Notes: generated from the letters alone by a model not told the origin. 35,092 nt of DNA from Emiliania huxleyi CCMP1516 (GCF_000372725.1 NW_005201318.1:51190-86281), one strand, 5' to 3'. Counted from the first letter of the stretch, positions 9,969 through 21,411 are shown. Numbers and translations: made by a program.

Positions 9969-10937
9969 ATGAACTCCTGCCTCGCCGCCTCCGACGCTGC
10001 CACCGTCCGCTGCTGGGAGGCCTTTTTCGCGCCGCCCGCCGTCGATCCGAGCGGCGTGGATCTCGAGACTGGCGACCTGCTCCTCGCTGGCGCAAACCCG
10101 AGCGGCAGGACGCCGGTGCGCGCCACCCTGCCCGCGCACTCGTCACCACACCCAGCCTCACCGCCTCCACCTCCGCTGCCGTGTGTGTAGGGTCTCAACT
10201 CGATCGGGACCTGCCGTTGGGACCATGTGGGTGTGGTCGTGGTGCGGGAGGGTGTGCCGTACGTCGTCGACAGCGGGTCCACACGCTACTACCCCTTCTG
10301 CACGCGCCCGCTCCACTTCTCCGCCGCCAGGCCGGCCGACGCGTGGGCCTCACAGCAGTCTGGCCCTCAGATGTACCGGCTCAGCCAGTTTGTCGCGGCG
10401 CTGGCCGAGGGCCCGCTGCAGCACAGCTCGCCGCCCTGGACCTACGAGCGACTGGCCGTCCGCAGGCTGCGCGAGCCGCTCACGAGTGAGCAGCGAGGCT
10501 CGCTCCTCGCGGCGCTCGAGGCGCTCGCGGACGTGCCGTACGAGCGACGCTCTGGGGAGATGACTGCCGGCGCCGTCGACGCGCTCGATTGCTGCGGCGT
10601 GCTGCGCAACCGAGAAGAGCTGCGGCACTCGCTGTTTTGCTCGGAGCTGGTTGCGGCGGCGTTCATGGAGGCGAAGCTGCTGCCCCCCTCGTCCGTCCGG
10701 CCCGCCAACGAGTACGTGCCGTCCGACTTTGCGCGCGACCGTGGCGGGAACCTGAGCTCCCTCTGCGGCTGCTGCTGCGCCTCCTGGTTGCTCGGCCGCT
10801 GCCTCGCGGCACTCGGCTGCGGCGAGCTGCGCAGCCACGCAACAGGCGAGCCGCTCCTCGGGGCAGAGGTGCTTCTCCGCACACGCGGGCCGCCGGCCGC
10901 GACGATGGCGCGAGGACCGGCACCGGCAGCGGCGTGA
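9969..10937 (+). CDS. Permuted papain-like (NlpC/P60, YaeF/YiiX-type) amidase; exons 9969-10115 and 10191-10937
   Basis: LETGDLLL, WDHVGVVV (catalytic His), DVPYE, LFCSELVAAAF (catalytic Cys after His) and YVPSDF. A phase-0 GT-AG intron at 10116-10190 joins the two frames. Confidence 0.85.
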
Positions 10938-11479
10938 TGCTGATGGCCCACTCCCCTCTCGAACGACAAACCACGCTTTGTTGTCTCGCTCCTCAGTCTC
11001 GTGTCTTTGTTTTGTCTTGCGGAATCGAAAACTGTACTACGACTCTGGCGGCGGCGCAGGTGGTGCGGGTCGTGGCGCCGCCGCGTCGGCTCGTGCCTTG
11101 CACTGACGGCAGGACGCGTCATCGTAGTAGCGCCAGTTGAACTTTCCTCGCAAGCAGTTGCAGCACCACCTAGAAGGGGCGCTGATGGGTGTTAGTTCGA
11201 GAAATCGGAGGAATCGCTCAGCGCTTTAGAGACCGGAGGAGAGATGAAATGCAGGCGGACGCTCACTCCTCGTAGTGGTCAAACCCATCGCCACTGCAGT
11301 CGGCCTCCTTGGAGCTATGAGGATCACGCTTGATTCGGCAGCCCGGGCAGTTGCCGTTGGCACAGCCGACCATCAACTGGAGCGGCTTTGTGGCTGGGCC
11401 TTGGGCGGCTCCAGGACTGTGGCGTCGGCCGCCCGGCTCGTCTTGCAAAAGAATTTTTTTCCTATCTCTCGTGTGAAAT

Positions 11480-11518
11480 CCTCCCTTGGGTTGTCTGTTT
11501 TCTTTCTTTCTTTCTTTC
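11480..11518 (+). repeat. Repeat family B, short 3'-terminal copy with (TTTC)n tail
   Basis: cctcccttgggttgtctgttttctttctttctttcttt matches the 3' part of the copy at 16001-16077. Confidence 0.75.
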
Positions 11519-11787
11519 GTGTGGAAATCCCATTGTCAGCCGTCACGATGCACCCGAAGGGGACCCCAGCGCCGGCATCATCATCAGTGAGTGAAGGCAC
11601 AAGTGTTAGAAGATAATAAAAATCTCTCTCTCTCTCAAGTGTTCGAAGAGAGAGTGGACCTGAGCAATGATATGACGGGGCGGCAAATGATAGCAGTGGG
11701 CGTCAGAAGACTCGTCCTTGCTCGAGGAGAGCTCGATAGACTCGAGGGGCCAGGATATGCAGCGAGTAGGACGGAGCTGCGCCGAAA

Positions 11788-12092
11788 GGCGCAAGAAGCC
11801 GCGAGAACAAGGGACCGGCAGGCGGCGGCGGCGTCGCAGAACGAGGCAGAGGAGAGCGACGCGACAGAGGAAGAAGCGACAAGAGAGAGAACGACGTCAG
11901 TGGGACGACCGCGAGGTGGTATGAAGGTTGCAGCGAGAATCGGCGAGAGACTGCGAAGAGAGATAGGAAGAGGCGAACGCCCAAGGGTGGGCGACGGCTA
12001 GCGCATCACACCCCTCTCCTTAAAATCCCTGTGTGGTGGCGGCGTGCCGTCCTCCCATCCCTCCCTTGGCGTGTCCGTTTTCTTTCTTTTTC
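11788..12092 (+). repeat. Repeat family B, long copy (left arm of an inverted pair)
   Basis: Reverse-complement match to ~12428-12729, including cgcgagaacaagggaccggcaggcggcgg...gggtgggcgacggctagcgcatcacacccctctccttaaaatccctgtgtggtggcggcgtgccgtcctc. Confidence 0.9.
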
Positions 12093-12177
12093 TGTCGTGT
12101 GCGGTGTGGGTGAACCCTGCCCAGCCCCCCTCCGTGTCGCGAACTCGCGATGCGCTCCCAACTCCCGTTCGCTGTGT

Positions 12178-12238
12178 CCGAGAGAGATTTTTAGCAATAC
12201 CAAACAAATCTAACACTCACACGTCATTTGGGGCCTGG
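12178..12238 (-). repeat. Dispersed repeat family A2, copy 1 (matches 32301-32363)
   Basis: ccgagagagatttttagcaataccaaacaa.tctaacactcacacgtcatttggggcctgg in both places. Confidence 0.9.
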
Positions 12239-12427
12239 TTTGTTTGTTGCTGTGTCCGTGATCGTCCTTCTCTGCGGACGGGCCCCTCCCTCCACCCTTC
12301 ACGTACGGGATCATGAGGCCGAAGAAGTGGTTCTATGTATAAATAGCCCCGCTCGCAGGGCGTGCAGCACGAAGGAGGGTTCTTGTTTTATACGGTTTTC
12401 GCGCAGAATTCTTTTCCAGTGCTTTAA

Positions 12428-12729
12428 AAAGAAAGAAAGAAAACACGCAGCCCAAGGGAGGGATGAGGACGGCACGCCGCCACCACACAGGGATTTTAAG
12501 GAGAGGGGTGTGATGCGCTAGCCGTCGCCCACCCTAGGGAGTCTGCCTCTTCCTATCTCTCTTCGCAGTCTCTCGCCGCTTCTCGCTGCAACCTTCATGC
12601 CACCTCGCGGCCGTCCCACTCTCGTCGTTCTCTCCCTTGTCATTTCCTCCTCTGTCGCGTCGTTCTCTTCTGCCTCGTCCTGCGACGCCGCCGCCTGCCG
12701 GTCCCTTGTTCTCGCGCCTTCTTTCGCCA
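12428..12729 (-). repeat. Repeat family B, long copy (right arm of the inverted pair)
   Basis: Diverged reverse complement of 11788-12092, with an (AAAG)n run at its left end. Confidence 0.9.
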
Positions 12730-13138
12730 GTGCAGGTCCGCCGGGTGCACTTGGAGCACTTGGAGTGCAGTCATCGCAGGGAACCGAGACGCGCTGCTTC
12801 TTGTCAGCGCTCGAGCAGCGCTCGAGCCAGCGTTCTGAGGGCGGTCGGCGGCTTCGCGAGCGCGAGCGCGCCTTGTCGCCTCCGTAAGTCGCTTCTTCTC
12901 ACGACGCGCCTCGCGCATGGCCAGCGCCGTCTGGAGCACCTCGGGTGGAGCCTGCAGGATGTGGGCCTCGCAGCCCCATTCGCCCGCCGACTCTAGTCTG
13001 ACGGTGCACCTCGTCCCTGTCTGCGGGTGGACAAAGCGGCAAAGCTTGGAGTCATTGCAGGTCCGGCCCATGCTTGGCAATTGTAAAGGAAAAGAAATAT
13101 TCTGTCGACTTCGGCTCGGTTCACTCTTGCCGAATCCA

Positions 13139-13888
13139 ATGTTCTCCCTCGCCGCCGCGGTCGCTGCGCTCGCACCACCATCTTCCCGCGCCGACGTGCA
13201 GAGGGCGTGGAGAGCGCCAGTGCCGCCCGTGATGCTTTGGAGAGCCGCGCAGCGTCATATCACCTTCTCCTCGATCACGGACGACGCAGAGGCCATTTCC
13301 AAGCTGCGTCAGATCGCGGAGGAGATTTCTACCTGGAGCGGCGAGGACTGGGCCATGTTCAACGCGCCCGCCGTTAAGCTGCGCCTCGACACCCAAGGCT
13401 CCGACCGCTACGGTGGCGCTGGCCCGAGCGTGGTGCATTAGTAGGCAGCACGTGCCGTGACGCGAGTCGCACCCGCGCAGGCGCCGTCGTTCTGGAGTTT
13501 CTGACCTGGGGCGGAAGCCGCGAGGGTGCGCTCGGCATCGAGCTTGAGGCGTGTCCCACGCCCTTGAACAAGGAGCGGAAGCGCCAACGCCTACGAGAGT
13601 CGTAGTGCCGCCGACTCACCGGGTGTGGTGGTGGCGTGATAGGGGCGGAAGCGGCTGCTGTGGACGACCAAAGGCTCGCGGCGCGAGACGGTGGAAAACG
13701 TGCTCTTCAAGCTCTTTCTCGAAGAGGTACGGAGCGGCAGCCTGAGCAGCGTCTGCCGCCTCAAGGCAACCTCGTTCCTCCCGGCCTCCTCGGACGCTGC
13801 CTTCACAGGGCTCATGATTCAGAATCGGCGCCTGCGGGAGGAGCTGCGCGAGATGAAGACACGAGATGCGGCCCCCGCGTCCCCTTAG
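13139..13888 (+). CDS. Uncharacterised protein, possibly plastid-targeted; exons 13139-13412, 13481-13548, 13643-13888
   Basis: Phase-consistent GT-AG (13413-13480) and GC-AG (13549-13642) introns give one frame: MFSLAAAVAALAPPSSR...DRY|GAVVLEFLTWGGSREGALGIELE|GRKRLLWTTKGSRRETVENVLFKLFLEE...ASP*. The N-terminus resembles a signal/transit presequence. Confidence 0.6.
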
Positions 13889-14413
13889 AATGGCGCGTAC
13901 TAGGGACGTCGCCAAGCGCACACCACGGCGTGAGGCCGAGGCGGCGGACAAACGCGGTTTTCTAGAATGTGAGTAGTATATTGTGGGCTAGCCAGTGAAG
14001 TGTTGTGGGCCGCTGCATGAGAGAGGTTGCCGTTATAGAGCGTATCTATTGATGCGCAGTGATAAGCATGTGCCTGTCTCATAATCTCGGAAATCATCGC
14101 GGGACGCGGGGGACGGGGAGAGGCGCGCACGAACGTCGAACCCCCGCGCCCCGCCGCGCGGCGGCCGCGCGACTGCCGACTCGTGTGGCACGAGGCGGAT
14201 CGCTCCGGAGCCTCGAGAGCGCGCGCGCCGCGGTGGGTTGCCCCGTTGCCTCTCCGTGTGTCCCCCGGGCGCCTGTCCTCTTTTTTTACGTTCACCGACA
14301 ACTTTACATGCACATGTGTAAAACGCTTGCAGCTTGCACAAACATTGCAGTTCCACGACCGGCACGCGGCAGATCGGCGGTCGGCCCTCCAGCCTCCGAC
14401 AGCCGGGATATTT

Positions 14414-15906
14414 CTACACCCACAAGGCGGCAATCGGTCTCGCCATGGCCCCCTCTGCATGCTGCGCCACCGCGGCGCGCAACAGCAAATTGCCGCCCAA
14501 ATGCTCGGCGCAGAGCTCGTCGAGCCGAAAGGAGACTCCTCCACCTCGCAACGACTCATTCTGAACGAGCAGCACCGCCTGGCAGAGGAGGGCGGGAGAG
14601 GTGAGGTTGAGTTGCTGCACGGCCATCCCGGGAGAGCGGCCGCGCCGGAAGCGACGGGGCGGAACGGAGCGAGAGGCGGACGTGCAGCAGCGACGGCGGA
14701 GCCTCCTATGGGACAGTCGTAGGCGCGTCACGGGCACGTCGCGGACGGGGCGGCGGGGGGACTCAGCAGCGAGGGCTCCTTGAGGGTGTTGCACAGCTTG
14801 GAGAAGGCGGCGGGCGGCCACGGCCCCAGCCGCGCCGCGTCGACGATGCGGAGCGCGCGGATCGAGACGCCCGTGTCCCTCCGGTGCCTCCGGCCCGACC
14901 GGCCCCTCTCCGCACGGGAGGGGCGTGAGCCGGGCCGGCTGGCCGCCTCGGCGGCGGCGGCGGGCGGAGTGGCGGCGGGCGAGGCGGCGACGACGGGCGA
15001 GGCGGAAGAGGCCGAGGCGACGGAGGCGGCGGAGGCGGCGCGCGCTGCGGTGACGGCGTCTCGGAGCGTCGTCGCCGCGGCGGTCCCGACAGCTGGGCCT
15101 TGCCACGCGGTGGCGGCGGCGGAGGGCGGCAGGCACGAGGGGAGGATTGGGGTGGAGAAGGAGGGGCCAATGGGGGCGGGGAAGGGGCGGGTGGGCGGCG
15201 GCGCCTCGCCCGCCCTGTCTACGCGGAGGTCCTCCCATGAGGAAGCAAGGAAGGAGGCCGCGCTGAGCGAGCTGGCCAGAGAGGTTGCGGCGGCCGCCGG
15301 TGGCGGCGGGGGCGGGGGCGGCTGCGGCGGCGGCAACGACGGCGTGGGAGGTGCGAGGCCCAGCTGCGCCAGGGGGGATGGCGGCGCGAGCTGCTGCGCT
15401 GGCGGCAGCGGCGAGCGCGAGTGGTGCGCCGAGCCGAGGGGCGAAGCGGCAAAGGAGGAGGAGGACGGGGAGGACAGCGATGGAGAGGAGAGCGAGGACG
15501 AGGCGGACGAGGACGGGAGCGAGGAGCAAGAGGCGGAGAGCGGGTTGGCCAAGCGCCTGCCGCGTCTCCTGCGCCGCGGCGCGGACGCCGCCGCCGGCAG
15601 CAGCTCCCAGTTGGGCCGGTGCCCCGTCGCGGGCAGTGCCGCGTCGTGAGGAGCTAGGCGCGACTTGCGGCCGTGCGGGCCAGCGAGGGCGTTGGGCACG
15701 TACTGTGCGTGAGGGAAGGGCGTGAGAGGAAGGGTGGAGGCGTGAGAGGGGCGGCTGCGCGCGCGCACCTCGTAGGTCGGGCACTTGGAAAGGAGGTCTT
15801 CGTGGGAGGAGAGGAGGTCGTCGATGTCGCCGGCCTCGCTCTCGGAGGAGGAGTCGTCATCGAGCAGCGTGAGCATTGACCGAATCGATCCGTTTATGTC
15901 GTCCAT
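14414..15906 (-). CDS. Uncharacterised low-complexity (Ser/Pro/Ala-rich) protein, multi-exon; 3' structure uncertain
   Basis: ATG 15906 MDDINGSIRSMLTLLDDD..., a GT-AG intron with pyrimidine tract at 15768-15703, and a long open frame to ~14780. A plausible last exon AVLLVQNESL...ALWV* ends at 14414. Confidence 0.5.
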
Positions 15907-16000
15907 CGCTTCTCTTGGCAGGGAGAGAGGAGTCCCATGCAGTGGGTTGCGGGCATTAAGAAACCGTGCGGCGCCGCGGCCCCGAGAAAAGGCCAGATAG

Positions 16001-16077
16001 TCCTTAAAATCCCTGTGTGGTGGCGGCGTGCCGTCCTCCCATCCCTCCCTTGGGTTGTCTGTTTTCTTTCTTTCTTT
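16001..16077 (+). repeat. Repeat family B, 5'-truncated copy
   Basis: tccttaaaatccctgtgtggtggcggcgtgccgtcctcccatccctcccttgg is identical to the 3' part of 11788-12092, followed by (TTTC)n. Confidence 0.9.
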
Positions 16078-16169
16078 AAAGGCCAGACAAGAGAACGGGA
16101 ACCCCGGGCTCAAAATTCTCTTCGCCTGCGTGGCCACTTGCACGGAAAAAGAATCCCAGCAGAGGGCAA

Positions 16170-16873
16170 GGGGCATCCCCCCCCCGCGCCAGGAGTTGCG
16201 GCGGCCGGCACCGCCCCCAGGCCCGCCCCCACCACCACCGCCTCCGCCCCCGCCACTGGAGCGACCGCTGGGTCGAGGAGCCGCCCCTGAGGTTCCACAG
16301 CAGGCGGTGCGGTCGCCAGCGCCGCCATCGTTCCCGCCACCCGCACTGCCACTTCCGCCCCCGCCACTGGAACGGCTGCAGGGTCGTGGGGCCGCCCCAG
16401 CGGCTCCACACCAGGCGTTACGGCCGCGAGGGCCGCCACCGTACCCGCCGCCCCTGCCACTGGTGCCTCCACCCCCGCCGCCGACGGGGCCGCCACCGTA
16501 TGGACCCGCTCGGAATAACTGGGGGGATCCGGAACCGCCCCGCCGGAGGCTGGTGTACCCGGGAGGAGGAGCTGGGGGAGGGGAGTTGCCGCAATACGAT
16601 AACGGACCCGCCGGCGAGCCGGAGGGCCGAGGCCGGAGGGCCCCGGGGGGGGCTTGGGGTCAGCTGTCGGAGGAGGCGAGAGATGAGCTGACGCGGCCTC
16701 TGCGAGTAGAGTCGGGACGTACGAGCTCGCCGGGGGGGGACCCGTCGCGGTGGCAGCCGGGCCACCGTGATCTCCGACAGGGAGGGCCACGCCTCCCCGA
16801 GCCTGAGGAGGAGCCGGCGGAGGGGGGGGGCGAGCCGAGGACGATAGAGAGGCCGCGGGTGCGGGCACGATGA
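16170..16873 (+). other. Proline-rich open frame with an internal ~115-bp duplication; possibly mobile-element derived
   Basis: PPPPPPLERPLGRGAAP / PPPPLERLQGRGAAP duplication. No ATG start or recognisable domain. Confidence 0.3.
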
Positions 16874-17791
16874 CTCGCCGACCAGGGAGAGCGGGCTCGA
16901 CCTCCCGGGGGTGGAAGTGGGTGTGACCCAATGCCACCGTTCTCGCCCAGGGGGTCGGGAGCGGGGTCGCCGGAGGCGAAGTCAGCGGGATCAGGCAGAG
17001 AGGACGAAACGGTGGCGGGGCCGCGGCCAAAGAAGGCTAGGAGGGGAGGTCGGGCCCCACAATCATCGCATAACCATCGGAAGGCGAACAGGAGGGAGGG
17101 CCGAGGGGAGGGAGGGCCCCCCTCGGAGGGGGGGTGAGGAGACCGTGCGCGGAGCGGGGGGGCTCCGAGCGGTGCAGTCAGTGAGGAATGGGTGTGTTGT
17201 CGTGCTAGTGCCTGGTGTCTACTAGCCCCGAGTAGAGGGGGCGTTCCGCTGCTAGGGGAAACCCGGAGCACAGAGCTAACCCTCGGGGACCCGTGTTTAC
17301 TTTAAGGCCCTTTCCCTGCGAACGCGCACCCCCGGGGCTAGGGCTCTCTTGCCCGTAACCCGATCCCGATCATCCGGCCCGCTGGGTGCGCTTCTTAGCT
17401 CCCCGGCCCTGGATGTGAGGCTGCCAACTGCACTCCAAGTGCTCCAAGTGCCATACGACCTCGCGCATTCGACCCAGCTCCGAGCACGCTCGCTCGCTTG
17501 CTGCTGCGGCGGCGGCGGCAGCGACGGCGACTGCCGGCTGCCGGCTGCCGGCCGCCGGCTGCCGGCGGCCGGCTGCTGCCGGCTGACGGCTGCGGCGAAC
17601 GGCGACGGCTCGGTTCGCGTTCGCTCCGCGAGGGTGCGACTGAGCCTGCCGCGCTCGATCTGGGAGCCACTCGGCGCCAGGTCGAACGGCGGTCGGCTCG
17701 GCCACGCGCCACCGCTCCACGCCAAGGCGCGGGCGGCGGTGCTCGCCGGCGCTCGCGCATCGCTTCTCTTGGCAGGGGTTGGGCGGCCAGG

Positions 17792-18148
17792 TTTTCCGGA
17801 AAACAAAAAGGAAAACAGAGGGTCCCCAGCACTTTGCGTTTCCGGAAATTTCCAGGGAAAACAGAGAGAGGGTGTTTGGTGCTCCATTCTGGAAACTCGC
17901 GAGTTTCCCTGAGTCTGAGAGCTGGTCTGGGGCAAAATCCTCGGCAAAATTGAGGAAATCGACAAAATACCCTGGCGGTCGCAGGGTAATTTCCAGGTAT
18001 ACACGGGTTCTCCGCGAAATTCCCGGCATTTTGCCGATTTGGCCTAAAATTTGGCTGATTTTGGGCCCAAACCAGCCTCAGACTCGGCTCAGAGCCCCAA
18101 AATTTGACGATTTCCACGCAGTTTTCCCGGGAAAACAGAGAGGAAAAG
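17792..18148. repeat. Dispersed repeat family C, copy 2
   Basis: Reverse complement of 1155-1586, lacking the GA-rich insert present in copy 1. Confidence 0.9.
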
Positions 18149-18585
18149 AGAGGGAGTTGTAGAGAAAAAAGGAAAGGAAAACAGACGGGGTGCGAGAGGC
18201 AAACCTGGCCGAGCCCAAGGCAGGGGGGACCGGAGTGGCTCAGCATTCCAGAGCGGGTCTCGTTCGTCTTGTAAGCAGGCTTGTGAGTTTCTAGAGATTT
18301 TTAGCAATTCGTTGTTTGAGTACCGTTCTCGGCGATGGATGGGTGGGCGAGCGGCGAGGGCACCTCCTCTATCCCGGGCGGCACGCACAGCCACAGGCGG
18401 GCCCACGTATTCGGATTCAAACAAATCTCTTTTCCTGCGGGCCAGGCCGGCCACAACGCGGCCATCGCGGGCGCCGTGGAAAAGAAAATCCGCCACGATC
18501 TGACGGCGCGCCTGCCCCGCGGGCTGACTCCGGGAGCGACTCAACCTCGCGGGCTACTACTGACTCAAGCTCAAGCTACTGCGCC

Positions 18586-21411
18586 ATGCAAGGCCTCCGC
18601 GAGCTTGAGTCGCTCCAACAGCGACCCGTCAGCAGCGCCGACGAGCAGCCGCCAGCCAAGCGCGCGCGGCCGGGCAGCGGAAAGGCGGCGCTCGAAGCGG
18701 CAGAACTCCTCGCACGCGCTGAGCGGGAGTTGGAGGAGTCGCAGGTCGAGGTCGCCGCGGTGGACGAGAACGGGATGAAGGCGATGGTGCTGGCGGTCGA
18801 GCGGCGGATCAACGACAATATGGCGCTGCGCATGAAGTACCCAGACCGCCCCGAGAAATTCATGGACTCGGAACTCGAGCTGTTTTCGCATCTCAAGCGG
18901 CTGCACGTGCTCGCGACGGCGCCTGAGCTCTTCCCGACGTTCGTGCGGACCAAGTGCGTCTCCTCGCTGCTCGGCTTGCTGATGCACGAGAACTCGGACA
19001 TCTCAATCGACGTCGTCGATCTGCTGCACGAAATGGCAGACGCCGATGGCGCCGACCCAGACGACGTCAAGGCGCTGGCCGACGCGCTGGTCGAGCACGG
19101 TGCGCCGGCTGCGCTGATGGAGCACCTGAAGCGGCTGGACGAGGCGGTGGACGAGGAGAGCCGCGCCGTGCACCAGTCGCTCGGCATCTTCGAGGCGCTG
19201 CTCGAGGCCAGCCCGGAGCTGTCAGCGCCACTGGCACGTGACGCGGGGCTGATGTCGTGGCTGCTTGGCCGGATCAAGCTGCGCCCCTTCCACGCAAACA
19301 AGCTATATGCGACGGAGCTGCTGGCCGTGCTGCTGCAGCAGAACGCGCCCAACCAGGCCCTGTTCGGCGAAGAAGGCGGCGTGCTCGCGCTGCTCACCGC
19401 TACCTCGTACTACAAGAGGCGCGAGCCGCAGGCGCGCGCGCCTCGAAGCTGAATGGGTATTCCTGTACTCCAACCAGCACTCGAGAGAACGCGCACTCAG
19501 CTGTACTCGACCGTATTCCCGCGGTGCTCATTGCACTCGAAGCCCGTGTCTGCACGCGGTGCTCTGAATACACACTGCCCGATGCCGTCTTCACGCAAAG
19601 ACACAACCCCGGGCCCACGACGCACAAGCACAGACAGTCGAGAACCGGGAGAGACAGCGACGACAGTCAGAAGTCGGCACTGGGTCCCAGCCAGGAAGGC
19701 GAATGCGATGGCGGCCGTCTCCTCACCCCGACGGCCGGCGTCTTCTCGCGGCAGGCCCTTGAGGAGGCTGAGCTGGTCGAGAACATGTATGACTGCCTCT
19801 GCAGCGCGCTGCACGCGCCCGCCAACCAGACGCTCTTCCTCAAGGCGGAGGGCATCGAGCTGATGATCCTCACGCTCAAGGAGCGCCGCTTCGCCGCGCA
19901 GGTGTGCAGAGACGCTGCCCGCACTCACAGCCACACACCTCGCCCGCACCTCGCCCGCACCTCTGACACGCCGGCGAGCGCCAGCAGCTCCTGTTCACAG
20001 CGACGATGTGTGAAGGACGCTGCCCGCACCCACAGCCTCTCGCACACCCCTCGCCACGGCCCCGCACACACACGCTGCCACCCCCCCCCCCCCCGGCTTT
20101 TCTTCCTCCCCCCCCTGGGCCTTTCCTCCTTTCCTTTCCTCCTTTCCTCCTTTCCTCCTTTCCTCCCCGGGGGCGGGGGAGCGCCAGCAGCTCCTTGGGG
20201 GAAAGGGTTTGCAAAGCCCCCCCCCCCCCCCCCCTCCCCTCCCTCCCCTCGCCCCACAGGGCGCACTGCGCGCACTCTCGGCAAGCCTCGCGCGCAACGG
20301 CGCCAACTGCGAGCGCTTCGTCGACATCCGAGGGTTCAAGACGCTCTTCCCCCTCGTCGGCGCCGCGCCGCCGCCGCCGCCCGCCTTTGCGAAGAGCAGC
20401 GAGGAGAAGCGCACCGCGCAGCTAGCGCACGACGAGCACTGCGCCTCGCTGCTGGTCACTCTGCTGCACCAGCTGACCGGCGAGCGGCGGCGGAGGCACA
20501 ACGCCACTTCCCCCCCCGCTTCTATTGCGCGAGCAGGGCTCACCGCCGTCGCGGAGAGGCCTAGTACCATACCTCCAGAGTACCGAATCCCGTGTGGGTT
20601 CAGTCCCGTGGGTGGTGTGGTAGGCTGCTGGGCAAGCTTGCGGAGGGAGACTGCGAGAAGCTGGAGCGGCTGCTGCGCCTACACTTTTCCTACACCGAGA
20701 GGGTCGAGCTGGCGGCAGAGGCGGCGCTCGCCGTCAGCGAGGTTGGCCGCGGCGGCGAGGAGGAGGGGGGCCCTAGAAGCGGAGTATCTCCTCATATCTC
20801 CCCGTATCTCCCCGTATCTCCCCATATCTCCCCCTATCTCGGGCCCTAGAAGCGGAATACTACGCATTTTTGTATTCGAACGAGCGCTCGAGGGGACACG
20901 GAAACCGCCGTATTCGGCCAGAACCCGCGGTCTTCACTGTGTTCGTAGCCGCTCGTATTCGCGCGGTGCTCTGAATCCTCTGCGCAGTACCGCATTCCCG
21001 CCCTGAGGTTGGCGTACTCACACTTAGGACGAGGACGAGCTGGACGACGCTCTCTACCTCGCGAGGACGGGCGCCGGCTTGCGGACGCTGCAGCTGGTCG
21101 ACACGGCGCTGTGCTACGTGGCGGGGTCGCGCGCCAAGCCGCTGCTGGGGCGGCTGCTCCACGGCTTGTACGAGGGCGGCGCATCCCTCCACAGCGTCTG
21201 GGGAAACGCCGACGAGCACCTCAAGACTTGCGACGGCGGCGACGAGCCGCTGCCGGACGCGGCTGAGCAGCGGTCGGTGAGCGAGATGGGCGAGGCCGTG
21301 CGCGCGCTACTGTCGAGGTACAAGTCCGCCGACGACGCGGAGGGCGAGGGCGGAGACGACCGGGGCGAGGGTTCGGCCGACGCCGCGGCCAGCAGCGCCG
21401 GGCCAGAATGA
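18586..21411 (+). CDS. CTNNBL1: Beta-catenin-like protein 1 (Prp19/CDC5L complex); exons 18586-19431, 19755-19901, 20260-20495, 20624-20741, 21028-21411
   Basis: Family motifs N..LRMKYPDRPEKFMDSELEL, LLGLLMHENSDISIDVVDLLHEM, NKLYATELLAVLLQ, ELVENMYDCLCS, FLKAEGIELM, NCERFVDIRGFKTLFP, EKLERLLRLH and LYLAR..AGL.TLQ. All four introns are phase-consistent (two GC-AG, two GT-AG). Confidence 0.93.
20769..20856 (+). repeat. Intronic 10-11-nt tandem repeat (tatctcccc.) bracketed by a 16-bp direct repeat gggccctagaagcgga
   Basis: tatctcctca tatctccccg tatctccccg tatctcccca tatctccccc tatctc in CTNNBL1 intron 4. Confidence 0.85.

Noticed and set aside
11515..11590. CTGATGA...GAAA on the minus strand as a hammerhead ribozyme
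   Set aside because: The stem after CTGATGA is not followed directly by GAAA, and no stems I/III were found.
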